64,000 nucleotides of DNA from Mytilus edulis (lineage: Eukaryota): the NCBI RefSeq assembly GCF_963676685.1, contig NC_092346.1, positions 98,580,001 through 98,644,000 on the forward strand. Reading direction: 5' to 3'. The notes beneath the pieces are model-generated. The model searched no databases, had not been told where the DNA came from, and saw nothing but the letters and a program-made list of their open reading frames with translations. The position numbers and the translations under genes were made by a program. Of the stretch, positions 31,001 to 42,180 are shown in pieces (within the stretch, counting starts at the first letter, position 1; each line of letters begins with the position of its first letter).

Positions 31001-34000
31001 AACTGTGGGTTGATTTTCTAGATGGTGCCAATTTTATAATGGTATTCATATTCTCCATTTTTCTCGAGGTATAATATTGTTAAATCATTTTAAATGACAT
31101 TTTGTTTTCACATTTGAAATGCTGGATGACATCTCTGACATAATTTTGTTTAATATTAGAAGGTATATAAGTTAATTGAATTCTAAATTATTTATTCTAT
31201 ACGTTTGATCTTATATCATATCAACTTTAACTTTTATGACAACACAACACCTTGTTTGTAGACGTCGCTATTTGTTCAAATTAATACTTACTAACACTAT
31301 ATACATTCGTAAATGACATATTTATACAATACTGAAAAGGACAAGTCAGTATTCAACCAGAATTAACTAGATCATACACATTTAACATATTTTTTTAAAT
31401 AGATATCGGGGCGTGTGGCGTTTGTGCCAATTATAAAACTCGATTTTGTTTTTTTCAATTGCGCCAAAACAGTTTTTTTTTATTCGTACCAATTTTTCAT
31501 TTTTCATTTTCATTTTCATTTTCATTTTTATTTTCATTTCATTTTTATTTCATTTTTATTTCATTTTCATTTCATTTTTAGACCCGATAAAAGAACAAAC
31601 AACGGACCTTTTTTTTTCTTAGATCAATTAAATCATTTAAGAACGTAAGGTGCATTGTTGTTTCCCATTTTTTGTTGGAAATAGTTGGCTATCTTGTTCC
31701 ATTTGTATATATCTAATGAATTCAAGCGTATTCGGATGATTATCTGGTGGACGGAAACACGACCCCTATAGAGCATATTAAATTAGTACTATTTACAGTA
31801 TGTATGAAGGGAAATACTATAGAAGTTATAAATGTAAGTTTCTAGATATATTCACTATGTTTATGACGTTTCTTGTGAATTAAAAGCAAATAAAATAGGG
31901 AATACATCTAGACTGTCAGTGTCGATATATATCTTGTTGGTTTAATTGATCTATTCGACAGTTACATGTACATGCCACCTATTGATATAATTACTGCACT
32001 CGTATGCTGCAAAATATTAATATTATTACACTTTTATACTTAAACATATTAATGCAGTGACACAATTATTGACCTTATAACGGAGAACAAAACTATAATA
32101 TTTCAGGTCGTGACCTCGTTTACCACTATTGATGGCTACGGAAACTTGTACAAATGAATGATATATGGTCATGGTATGGCTCCATTAACATGTTATAATG
32201 ATCACTTAATCTACAACACTATAGGCATGATTTCACTTGTCATTACTAAACTATTCAACCATAATCAATATGCATACCCGTAGCCAGGGGGATTCGGGGG
32301 GGGGGGGGGGGGTTCGTTCGAATCCCCCCCCCCCCCCATTTGAAAACAAATAATGACTGTTAAAGTCAACGTTCTGTTCGAATTGTGACTGTTAAAGTCG
32401 AGTTTTTGAGGCAAATAACCCCCCTTTGGAAATTCCTGGCTACGGGCCTGATATGGATGAACAATATTGTGTTTTATATAAATACACTTCCCAAGTACAA
32501 TTGATCTATATATATAACTATAAATATGTGTACCAAAAATCGAAATTCGAAAAAGTTTTATACATCAACGTGACTATTTACACATATACAAAAAAACGAA
32601 ACAAACCTACATGACATAATGACTACTAAACAAATTACACTATGTTTTATCACAAATCAAATCTACATGAAATAATGTTGGCCTAAGGTCTTATATAAAG
32701 TACAGAGCAAAAATAACAAGAAATATACACCGAATACCAAAATCCTTTAAGCTATGACAAAAAACCAACAACACTACTCCAAAACGTGTCCATGTAGAAT
32801 AATTTTTTTCCTAAAATTATGAAGAGCCAGAATATATATAAAATCACACCATGCTCAAAGAAAATCGTTTCCAAAGGAACGTTATACTCCTGCATAATCA
32901 GCAATTCTGAAGGGAAAGGAGCTGATGATGGGTTTTGTTTGCTTATAAAATATGGAAGTCGGTACAAAGTCGGCTATCTTTAATATGTTATTCGTTTTTG
33001 TTTGTTTTTATTGTGCGCTTTCGGGTTTTATTTCTTCCAGAAAGTTTGGGTGTAGGTGGTAAGCGTTGCCTGTTAAACTGCTGGATTCTATTTATTACCG
33101 ACAGTTATCAATTTATTTTCTTTTACATTTTTTTAAGACAATATGGTATTTACATTTTATGAGCACGCTAACACCATTTAATGTCCACAATTAATAACTT
33201 TCTGTCGTAAAATCACGATTTCTTTTGTTACAGAACACCATTTACATAACGCAACAAAAATTTATATTTTAATTGATTAAATACTACACAAAAAACACTT
33301 AAACTGTATAATTTTGTAATTATATGTTTACTAAAGCCATGATTTTTTCATTGCATTTGCATTGCAAATAGTTTTACATCATGATTTTGGGTGCATTACA
33401 ACAAATATCATTTAGGGTTTTTTTTCTTAAATATTTGTTGTTTGAAAGATGTTAAACGATAATTTTATGACCGTAAAGATACACATGGATGCCTAAACTG
33501 AATTTGAAGTTTCTAACACAAATAAATGAGAAAATACCACAGAGGAACTTTAAACCATTAGTCAATGACCGGTGAATACCACAATGACGGAAAATAGGAG
33601 GCGAACAGTAAAAGTCCTGAAAGCCTACTCTGACAACAATAATGAGCAGAACAAACCAGAAAAAATGAGTGAACTCAAGTGCTCCTGAATAGAATACAAA
33701 TCCTGATCAACCATTGGCACCCGTCATTTTGTTCGTGGATGTGTTTGGTCTAGAGTTTCTTGTGTAAGGAATTTGTTCTTATGATACAAATGGTGCAATC
33801 AGAAAATAATTTATGAATAGGAAAAGGGAAAAGACACAAACATATAGTCACTTTGTTTTTCGTTCATTGTTTTTTCAAATGAATCAAGCCTTTGGTCACT
33901 AGTATCTCGATTGAACTGTTTTACATTTGTAATATCGGGGTCTTTTATAAATGTGTTTTTCTCATTGATGAAGGTCGTACGATGGCCTATTTTTGTGAAC

Positions 34001-34558
34001 TCCTATATCATTTTGTCTCTCGTTGTCTTGTTGTCTCATTGGCAATTATATCACATCTGTCTTTCTCTATATAAAGATATGTATTAGTTTTGTTATAAGA
34101 TAAACATCGTTCATCAAACACTCATTCACTGTAGATTACTTCAGAAATTAAAAGATTTTGCAATTGTTCTCTCTGTTTAAGATTTGCCAATGGTTCCTCT
34201 CTGTAAAAGATTTGGCAATGATTTCTCTCTGTAAAAAGATTTGTTGTGACGTGTATGTACACCTACCTTTGACGGGTGGACAAGGATTACTGACATCTTG
34301 AGGCCACATGCAAGTTTTATGTTTCAAATTAAAGTACAAGCCAGCTGGACATTCTATCCAAAATGTCATTTTAATTCCATTGCCACTTTGGCAGTGAATA
34401 TATCCAGAACAATCCCATGGTGCTCCAACATATACGTCTTTTGATGTACAAAAGTCATTAAATTGAGGATACCTTCCTCGTTTTAATCTAGCGTTCGTAA
34501 GTCCATTGATAACAAAAAGGACAGTCAAAACGTTAACACACAAATTCCAAGAACACAT
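6825..34558 (-). CDS. Multi-exon secreted protein with about 28 chitin-binding type-2 (CBM14/peritrophin-A)-like modules; 23 coding exons, about 6,174 nt CDS / 2,057 aa
   Basis: 23 exons joined by GT-AG introns. Every internal exon is a multiple of 3 and phase 1-1, giving one open frame from ATG (34558) to TAA (6825). N-terminal hydrophobic signal peptide; repeated C-x(13)-C-xx-Y-x-D-C...E-C-x-YPQLF...C...C motif. Confidence 0.85.
7323..7634. repeat. 52-bp minisatellite, 6 copies (last intron of the chitin-binding gene)
   Basis: Unit TCATTAATGTTATAACTTGTATATACGTCTAACATATTACGTGTATCTTTAA. Confidence 0.95.
8246..8470 (-). CDS. Exon 22 (A11)
   Basis: tatcag|GA VLTKFCQDNPRMVIPDPANCARYYNC...ECKYPRLF...VPKTP T|GTAAGT. 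Confidence 0.9.
10068..10295 (-). CDS. Exon 21 (B10)
   Basis: cgtcag|GT DYLQNHCPPNVTNCVPCEDRLPTC...RCSSKINS G|GTTAGT. Confidence 0.88.
10750..10791 (+). ncRNA. Hammerhead ribozyme copy with mutated stem III
   Basis: CGTCA CTGATGA GTCTTTTGTAGAC GAAA CTCTCATC TGGCG. Confidence 0.6.
11330..11536 (-). CDS. Exon 20 (A10)
   Basis: ttgtag|AT MIKSHCTINPSTIQPHLYQCAQYFDC...ECKYPQLFD...EPQAP T|GTAAGT. Confidence 0.9.
12250..12477 (-). CDS. Exon 19 (B9)
   Basis: atacag|GT DYLQNRCNPSMSNCRPCRERFASCIGMTDG...ICTRDITE G|GTTTGA. Confidence 0.85.
12707..13279 (+). mobile_element. Decayed Penelope-like RT 3' fragment (second family), intronic and antisense
   Basis: RDDFSFPIMNF...PAYGVxISQLIRYSRTCISYHDFLDRGLLLTKKLLNQEF. 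Its 3' tail matches ~1470-1900(-) and 51304-51385(-). Confidence 0.65.
13478..13715 (-). repeat. ~78-bp tandem triplication spanning the exon 18 3' end and donor
   Basis: TTGTACTTACATGGTGCTGTGTATT..GTTCTAGATCCACATGTTACTGATGTATAATTC three times. Confidence 0.9.
13655..13867 (-). CDS. Exon 18 (A9)
   Basis: tttcag|CT AIRAFCIANPGVIRANPVNCAQYFDC...ECPYPMLFD...EYTAP T|GTAAGT. Confidence 0.9.
14073..14303 (-). CDS. Exon 17 (B8)
   Basis: tttcag|GC QYQGNQCSPVAGQSCEPCEQRLPSCIGKLDG...ECRTSIGA G|GTAATC. Confidence 0.88.
14772..14984 (-). CDS. Exon 16 (A8); true frame differs from the ORF track call
   Basis: tttcag|CT NPALYCRSNPLQKIANPNNCAQFYDCSKPTGRFGAYLYECQYPQLFNDVTGNCVVFGNVKCGNRFLPQSP T|GTGAGT. Confidence 0.88.
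15978..16217 (-). CDS. Exon 15 (B7)
   Basis: tgtcag|GT EYLQNQCIGPGGEPALNCEPCVDRLPSCIGLQDGNNTFPG...ACMTKLDP G|GTAAGA. Confidence 0.9.
16325..16635 (-). mobile_element. Retrozyme-like repeat unit with a hammerhead at 16364-16405 (GAAA mutated to CAAA)
   Basis: Reverse complement matches the 52200-52556 unit. Confidence 0.7.
16824..17036 (-). CDS. Exon 14 (A7); not in the ORF track
   Basis: tttcag|GT NPQAFCNLNSRAKVEDPTSCAIYYDCSSTGSSTSPYKQECPYPQLYSTTSQSCELFTKVNCGERYMPVKP T|GTAATT. Confidence 0.88.
17411..17632 (-). CDS. Exon 13 (B6); not in the ORF track
   Basis: tattag|GT DYEQNLICRDPTNCIPCDQRFPSCYGMPDGNHPFPNQPNKYIVCLSDRTLRTETCKLGQFDPLTGSCSVKFDP A|GTAAGC. Confidence 0.88.
17910..18131 (-). CDS. 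Exon 12 (A6)
   Basis: tttaag|TA NPGPYCEANPTAVVPHPDNCAQYIDC...ECPYPQL...EPKNA T|GTAAGT. Confidence 0.87.
18909..19096 (-). repeat. ~94-bp tandem duplication spanning the exon 11 3' end and donor
   Basis: TACTTACAGGGGTTAAGTGTAA(A)CTGTACATGA...GGACATTGTGTTACACTGAT twice. Confidence 0.9.
19018..19245 (-). CDS. Exon 11 (B5)
   Basis: gaag|GT DYQKQKICVPVGNCRPC...NCVGKRDG...SCTVTLNP T|GTAAGT. Confidence 0.87.
20040..20252 (-). CDS. Exon 10 (A5)
   Basis: ttgtag|CT DPVTFCENNPTAIMLHPESCARYVDC...ECAYPQLFD...EPKAP T|GTGAGT. Confidence 0.9.
21585..22547 (-). CDS. Exon 9 (B4 plus five more intronless 4-Cys modules, 963 nt)
   Basis: cacag|GC GFLGNQRCDVNDRNCVPC..., then six C-xG-xxDG...Y-xx-C...C-x-P-xx-FD...C units. 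Donor CCA T|GTAAGA at 21585 keeps phase 1. Confidence 0.8.
23004..23222 (-). CDS. Exon 8 (A4); true frame differs from the ORF track call
   Basis: tttcag|AT SVQVFCQDKPNIKFPHIANCARYYDCGAIESDPVFGKYQRECTYPTLFNIDLLRCVPPVEADCQWRYEPKDP T|GTAAGT. Confidence 0.88.
23523..23753 (-). CDS. Exon 7 (B3); not in the ORF track
   Basis: ttttag|GT DYVTTRNSCQGESCAIPCEERSPSCVGMADGNNTFPGRELTPFYMTCLRNRTLSVGICKYGVYDPTKKYCTTDLDP T|GTGAGT. Confidence 0.88.
24178..24615 (-). CDS. Exon 6 (Pro-rich linker + A3)
   Basis: aaag|CT GTPDQGSGTSPLEPVLPFRPVRPPVQPPFQPP...GPCAGNPLAIQQDPDNCARYYNC...AMSP T|GTGAGT. Confidence 0.85.
24910..25140 (-). CDS. Exon 5 (B2)
   Basis: tctcag|GT EYGQNSCFGRNCPRC...PSCVGLPDGQNPFPG...GCSTSGSGLAN C|GTAAGT. 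Confidence 0.9.
25774..25992 (-). CDS. Exon 4 (A2)
   Basis: ttccag|...ALDVYCASSVDAKIAHPRICSRYYDC...ECRYPLLYS...EPLSP T|GTAAGT. Confidence 0.9.
26490..26714 (-). CDS. Exon 3 (B1, Cys linker + 4-Cys module); not in the ORF track
   Basis: ttatag|GC DYKLSQCRGPNCPPCESQQVGCEGHPNGAKAYPGRLLTEYFLVCFNNKTKAIKTCTDTMLFDPIQGKCTLDLDP A|GTAAGT. Confidence 0.88.
26760..26883. repeat. 60-bp tandem duplication
   Basis: CTGTTTGGC.GCAATGTTGCATC...TTAGGAAAAG.TTATATTTCACTTA twice. Confidence 0.9.
28067..28279 (-). CDS. Exon 2 (A1, 6-Cys CBM14)
   Basis: tttcag|...DVVDTYCPQYPRAKLVHDKNCARYYDC...ECPYPQLF...PVTP T|GTAAGT. Confidence 0.9.
31495..31580. repeat. (TTTTCA)n simple repeat
   Basis: Seen directly. Confidence 0.9.
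32273..32450. mobile_element. Short GC-rich MITE
   Basis: TIR core CCCGTAGCCAGG/CCTGGCTACGGG, flanked by ATATG on both sides, with an internal G-run/C-run hairpin. Confidence 0.7.
34267..34558 (-). CDS. Chitin-binding protein coding exon 1: signal peptide, RLKR site, first CBM14 domain
   Basis: Acceptor ttttgtag|A then ATG. MCSWNLCVNVLTVLFVINGLTNARLKR...CSGYIHC...ECPAGLYFN...CMWPQDVSNPC. Donor G|GTAGGT. Confidence 0.85.
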
Positions 34559-37500
34559 TCTACAAAAAATAAAGACATTTGATCAGTAATTCATTTATGT
34601 TAATTTGTGAAATGTAAACAGAAAAATAACACAAAGTATTTCCAAAATTTTACAATTCTGAAGTAATACATGTGTGTAACGTAGCAATTTAGACGTTCCG
34701 TGATTGTATTTATTGGTCAGACAAAAATCTGTATTATTTATTGTATTTTTTAATCTTAAGTGTGCTTCGAAGTTATTCTGTTATAAAATGCTCTTATGAT
34801 AAATTTCAGCGTCTATTTTGTTCGTTCTTCATGAAAATGTATTTAAGACACTCTGTGATTCTTAGTAGATGCTTTATTGTAAAAAAAAGTTACTGAAAAC
34901 ACAACTGATTGCTTTGTTAGTGCTACAAAAGAAATTTATATATACAATCATACAGTATATAACCCAAACAAAAATAGAAGGATTGTAGGCGGTGTCATAA
35001 CAAATTAGGGTGTAATTCGTTTATTACAAAAACATTTTCTGGTATAAATACCACATATATGTCTATTGTACGAAATAAACAGTTTGCATATCGACATTTA
35101 TGAGTAAGACAACTTTTCACCAGAAATCAATACACGATAAGACTTAACATGAAGTGTTGTAAAGTCATGTTACACTTGAATTCATGAACTCGATGTGAAA
35201 AGTCAATCATTGTCTGTATATTTTTTTTAAATATCTCCTAAAGTATTTGAAATATCACCAAAAATATTGAGGGTGATTTGGTATAATATACCACTAGAGA
35301 CCAAGTGAACACAGGCACTTGTTGAAAAAACCAACCTCTTTACATTACCTAAATGTTTTATTTAAGTATATAGGTATCTTTTTCGGAGACAATTATGTGG
35401 AAGTGGACGATGATATTATTAAGGAGTTGTCTGCTTTATGGTCTGGTTGTTGTCGCTTTGACACATTCCCCATTTCCTGTCTCAATTTTATTAATCTTCC
35501 ATAACACATGACACTTTAAAAGGAAGTGTATGTCATTTTTTGTATACTAAAACTGATGATCAGAAAATGTATGTATTTTTAAAATATAACATATACACTT
35601 TTCGAATTTTCGCTGTCTCTGTCAGGAGCATGTCCATTAATATAATTCGTTTTTGTGTGGGTTCTTTTTTTTTTAACTATCTTGCCGTGTTGAACATAAC
35701 TTTCCCCGCGTCACTTTGAGTGTTGAACATTAGTTTCCCCACGTCGTACACACAAGTTCATTGATATATCTAGTTCTTACACCAATCCAATGTCACCTGT
35801 TTGTTCGTACACATGTTTTGTTGTCTTAGGATTAGTCTTGATATAGTTTTAACCACTTGCTTGAATTTATTTATTTCTATAAACTGTTTTGAATCGAACC
35901 CTTTTCTTATTAACGTCACTATAAAGACAAATCAAAATGCTAAAAGGACTAAATAATCAAATCAATTTAAACTTACCAAAAAAGTTGTGGGACAACGTAC
36001 TTTCCGTTTGTTATGCCGCCATTATGATTTTTTTTTTTTAAATCTTATACCCGCTCCAAAGAATGGGAGGTATACTGATATGCCTGTCCGTCCATCTGTC
36101 CGTCAACAGCCAGTTTACCTAATGCTTATATGTATTTGACAAAAAAATGGTCATGTATAGAGTTTTTGTTGAATTTTATTACCAGAGCACCCTGCATATA
36201 GTAAAAGGCTTTATATGAGCATGTTGTACCGTATTGTGCTCCATTTTAAAATCAATTGCTTATAAATTTTCGTAAAGAGGTGATATCAATAGTAAGCAAA
36301 ATATTAGAATTCAACTTATTTATTTTAATTTTACGATATGATCTCTCACAAAAATATCGAGTTTGATGATCTGACGGGAAACAACAAGAATTCTTAAATA
36401 TGATGAGTTTATACAGTAAAGTACAGACTTCTAAGAAATGTTTTGATGAGGCATTAATTAATTCAGTCAGATTTTAAATATACAATGTTTGTCAATAACT
36501 TTTAGATATTTTAGTGTGTGATTATTTTATCATTTAGTGTTTCCTTATATATTTCACTTTGATAAATTATATAAAATTTGAATTTGAACATTATGCAAGG
36601 AATTTATAGACCACAAATGCTAATTAGGATTGTTAATGTTGACAAATATGTAAAACATAATAACAAGTTATCCGTAGGAAAACATGTCCCATAACCGTTT
36701 TAAACTCCTCTAACAAGATAACCGTATACATCCCAATTCAAATATATGTATCTCAGTGTAAAGGGGGACATTAAACCTATATCTGTTAAATTTAATGTAT
36801 AATATTTTTTTAATTATTTTTTTCCCCATTATTTATTGGAATATGACTGACATTCTGTCCACCAATCAGTCAAAAAGATATACAATGCACAACAGATGCG
36901 AATCAAGCTTTTGAGGCGAAGGCCATGGGTGTAGTTAGAGCTAAATTCAATTTTATGCTGAGTTCAGGAAGATCCCTTGAATATATTCCCTTACATCTCC
37001 CCTAGATACGTAAATAGATAAATAATCTGTAAAGTAACTAAAGAGAACATACAAAATCAGATCAAGGACAAGTTCACATAAACTATAAAGAATGACACAC
37101 AAGTTTTATCAAACGCTTTGTTCATAACCAAGGAGAGTATAATGTATCGATCACTTTGCATTATTATCTGTTTGATTGATTGGTTTTGGGTTTAACATTC
37201 GTACGATTTCACGACCTAAGCGAAGCGACATCATTGAATATAATAGATATAGTCTAGAAATGGTTCTAGTTAAGTTTTTAAGTCGAGTAGTCTGGTGTCT
37301 CACTGATATAGGGACGAACGATGATAATAAGTAATGATAAATGCTCACACTTCTTCCTTGATTTTGGAAGAAATAACCTCAAACCGATCAAAAGATCAAT
37401 TTCTTGAAATCGACACTTGAATGTGGAATGACCTTTTATCATTTACCATCCTTTTCATGATATGACTTAACAAAACTCAAAAAATATAACAAAGACGAAT

Positions 37501-38881
37501 TTATTAAATCTGTGGTTACATCGAAGTAATAACAACACCCGTTTTCAATCAAAATCCTATTTCCTTTAATATTAAGGATAAATACAACTACGATTTGTTA
37601 TTGAATCAACTGACGTAAATTGAAGTCGTGCCTGTTGAGAAAACCACAAATGTACAAAAATGGGAGGCATACATCGTAGTATAATTGATTACATCTATTG
37701 TTTTAATGATATTAATAAAATATGATTAATAACTAGTATCGTATCGAGATAAATCAATCCCATGTGAATCTACAAATGTATTTATTTGCTATTCAAATGG
37801 TCGTCTTAAATATACACGACAAAAATTCTTCTTTGTTAAACACAATCTCATTAATGACAGCTGTTCTATTTATATAATAATGAATGCAAAACGTGTGCAA
37901 TTGTTAGTTTTTGTGACAATATGTATGCATACACAAATTGTAAGCAGGACAAAATAAACATAACACCTATAATTTCCTGTTTAAAGCATTTAACACTTAA
38001 ACACGTATCAGGGACAAAGGGTGGTTATTAAGATCAATTCTACAAGGTGTACCACTCATGTGTTTACTTATACTATATGAAAAAAAAGTTTTTTGTCAGA
38101 TGCCTGTACCGTTATTCAAACTTTGGATGATAATAAGAAGATGTGGTGTGATTGCCACTGAGGCAACTCTCCATAAGAGACCAAATGACACAGAAATTAA
38201 CAACTTTAGGTCATCGTACTTCAACAATGAGCAAAGCCATTGCCGCATAGCCAGCTATAAAAGGCCCCAAAAGACAAATGCAAAATAATTCAAACGAGAA
38301 AACTATTAAGCTGATTTATAGTAAAACATATACCGCTTGATAACTTTTTTTCTGCGGTTTTGCAGTGCAAATTAAAAAACAAAATCTGTACACAATTGTT
38401 TCCTGCATTTTGTGTTGCAGAATATTCATGCTCATCTGTCTTATGCAAGGTCATTTAATTTTTAAGCTCTTTTTTAGACCCAGATTTATATTTTCAAAAT
38501 CCGACCGACCCTTTTTCCCACAATATTTCAAATTGTCGTCTCCTTACATAGACATAAAGAAAGAAGTTGTGCAATCGTCAATAACATTGTTAATTAATAT
38601 TGCAACTTAACTATGAAGGAAAAATTAAACCAAGTCATCAATTTTCATCAAATATCAAAAGTCTTTCAATCAATAAATTAACATTAAAATTTAATAAATG
38701 ATGTCATTTCATAGAACACAATTGCCTGCATTAAACCTTTTGAAAACTGCTTTTTAACATTCGAGTGTCTTTATTGTAAACTAGAAGTAAGAATGGATAT
38801 CCCTGTAACACGCCTATGTCGATTAAATAGATTAAATAATATAAAATTTGATAATTGATTGTACAAATCAAAAAGTAGTTT

Positions 38882-39028
38882 CCTTACCTTATAAATCCAA
38901 ATTTATTATAGCTAAAACAAAAAAGTTAAATTTTCCTAATTACAGGTATTACTTCCAATAATTTTCGTGAGGTGACATGGTTGACGAGTGAATACCAAAT
39001 GACGTATACTACATAGACGGTTTTTATA
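38882..39028 (-). promoter_or_regulatory. Candidate core promoter and non-coding 5' exon of the chitin-binding gene
   Basis: TATAAAAA (39028-39021) lies 28 nt upstream of an initiator-like TCATTT (A at 39000), followed by donor AAG|GTAAGG at 38888/38887. The ATG exon starts with an acceptor, so an upstream exon is expected. Confidence 0.35.
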
Positions 39029-39994
39029 TTCGTTTGTCATGTTATAATATTGTCTTGTACGAATTAATGACATGGTGTTTATCAATGATAATAAAAACAT
39101 GCATAAGAATATAAGCATAGGTGTCACAATAATAACCATATGTATATATGTACCGACTGCTTATTACAATTTACAGTGTGCATTTATAAAACTAATTTCG
39201 TAATGTAGCTGAAGATACTGAAATCAACTTGATAAATAAAGATGAAATCGATTAAGGCGAAACTTTCAACTCATCAATTACATACTACTCCATCAGTTTG
39301 TCACGATTAAGAGAAAAAAAAAGTAAATGGTAATGAAGCGATTCACTTTGATATAGCTCCGAACTGAACAAATTAATAATGTTAACTTTTAGATTTGCAA
39401 GGAATTCAATGAACTGTGTATAAATAGACAAGAAAAAGTTAAATGAAGAACTTTAAATTTAAGTTGCACTGTGTCGTTTTTCTCGTGGAAGCGTTCTCGT
39501 GTTGAGTGCTAGAAGACATAGGTTCGTTTCACTGCCAAATAATTGATTAGTTTTGCTACTTGTACGCTAATAACGCAGAATTTCTAAGACAGAGCATCAA
39601 ACTTGAAGTCAGATTAATGAGTTCGGAAACGTTATATGTCTTCCTGTGACCTATTATATTTAATGCGTTTCCCTCGGTTTTAGTTTGTTACCCCGATTTT
39701 GTTTTTTGTCCATGGATTTATGAGTTTTGAACAGCGGTATACTACTGTTGCCTCTATCTATTACCGTGTGCAAATCAGGATTCATAAAGACATTATCTTT
39801 ATTTGAGATCTGTACGAAACCTGTTGACATGATGCAACACTCACTTTTTTGTGGGGTAACATAAGGAAAGTTTGCGATATATTGTAATTGTTGACAATAA
39901 GCAATCATTGAAGGTGTATTCATATCGCATTAACATGCTCTCGTTCAGATATGCAAATACTTTTCAAATTGACATTGAACACAAATCAAACTTC

Positions 39995-41098
39995 CTATCG
40001 TTAATTATCCATTTTTAGATGGTGACGTTCCATTGTCACCATCTTACGGTGTTTATATATCTCAACTTGTACGATTCGCTCGTGTATGTAACAATGTTTT
40101 AGATTTTAACGAGAGAAATTTATGTATTACTGAAAAATTATTACACCAGGGTTTTCGATATCACAAACTAGTCAAAACATTTACTAAATTTTATCATCGG
40201 TATAAGGACATCATTCGGAAATATAGCTCAACATGCAGACTTCTTATACGTTCAGGTATTTCACATCCAATTTTTTATGGAAATATTCTTTATAAAGCAC
40301 AAAGGTGTCCGTATTCACCTCAAAAACTAACAAAACCTTTGAATAGACTTATTAAGAAGGGATATAGTTACGATACTGTTGTCAGGTCATTAAAGATTGC
40401 ATATTTTGGCGTTAATATTGATTCACTTATAGGGTCTTTGCATCGGAACTAAACACATTTATTCAAAAACCAGTTGTTGGCATGACACGGGTTATGTTCT
40501 TCTCATATATGTTATGATGGTATGATACTAAACCCCTAACGGGAAGGATTGTGCCTGATGTTCATATGATGAAATCATAATCTTTCAGTCAGTTTAATTG
40601 AAGTCTGGAGCTGGCATGTCAGTTAACTGCTAGTAGTCTGTTGTTATTTATGTATTATTGTCATTTTGTTTATTTTCTTTGGTTACATCTTCTGACATCA
40701 GACTCGGACTTCTCTTGAACTGAATTTTAATGTGCGTATTGTTACTAGTATGCGTTTACTTTTCTACATTGGCTAGAGGTATAGGGGGAGGGTTGAGATC
40801 TCACAAACATGTTTAACCCCGCCGCATTTTTGCGCCTGTCCCAAGTCAGGAGCCTCTGGCCTTTGTTAGTCTTGTATTATTTTAATTTTAGTTTCTTGTG
40901 TACAATTTGGAAATTAGTATGGCGTTCATTATCACTGAACTAGTATATATTTGTTTAGGGGCCAGCTGAAGGACGCCTCCGGGTGCGGGAGTTTTTCGCT
41001 ACATTGAAGACCTGTTGGTGACCTTCTGCTGTTGGTTTTTTCTACGGTCGGGTTGTTGTCTCTTTGCCACATTCCCCATTTCCATTCTCAATTTTATT
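39995..41098 (+). mobile_element. 3' fragment of a Penelope-like retroelement (RT C-terminal region + long 3' region)
   Basis: PIVNYPFLDGDVPLSPSYGVYISQLVRFARVCNNVLDFNERN...LLHQGF. The 3' region recurs at 4672-5300(-), 9485-9628(-) and 54150-55575(+), ending CCCCATTTCCATTCTCAATTTTA. Confidence 0.65.
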
Positions 41099-42180
41099 CT
41101 CCTACAACATTTACTAAAAAATTTAAATACATTTTACCTCGATCATGAAGTTAGACCGTTGTATACTGTTATATTGAAAATACATTATAAGAAATTTTAA
41201 TCCTCGGCAATTTCTTTTACTAATACACAAAACTTTCAGACGAAAATGTCCATTATTTAAAAAAAAAAAGGACACTGTCGTCGTATTGTGTATTTGCACT
41301 CCATTACTTGATAAAATGTTCTTCGATGAAGTCTTGTGTGAATATTTCTAGTGTTATAGATATATTTCACTTACTGGAAATCTTTGCATTCCAATGTGTC
41401 AGGCAACCAGGAAGCATAAATCTTAACAGGTAATGCAAAAACCCTGAAAGTCAAACCAAACTTATATAAATATGGTCATTTCTGTGTGTCGAGTTTTAAA
41501 TTTAGAAAATTTGGTCAAGTGGCAATATTATTATTTGAAAACCAAAAGCATGACGGACATACGACGGAACATGAAGATAGAGAAATTGACATATCGTTGA
41601 ACCACTATTCGTCATTGAGGCAAATATATAATATAATGATTAATATGAATAGTCAAAATATTATGTATGTATATATATATATATAATAGATATTATATTA
41701 ATTGAAAACAAGTGCACACTGAAATGTTTCGATTGCTTTACAGACCATGATTCCTTTTATTTTGGAAATAGTAAAAAATACAGGTTTAACAACAAGTATT
41801 CAATTAAATAAACATTATTAATAATTCATCACATATTATCATATAACAGATATGTTAACCTCATAATCATTCCATAAACTAAATATTATTTACCTAGTCA
41901 ATATTATAATTAATATAGACAACATTTGTAATCAATTGAGTAAATTCGTTTAGGAACAAAATTCAGCAATTGAATATGGTTCAGCATATACGCTGTTTGT
42001 CTTTATGATATGGTCTTTTATGAATAATGTTAAAATCAACACGTTGTACCGTAGAATGCAATATTTTTACAATCCATTGCCCTTAAACTTCCTCGAATAC
42101 GTAAAGCAGTTGTATTGTAAGTTAGCAATATCTCACGATTCAACTTGGTTATTTAAATTTGACGGTATAATCTATCACAA

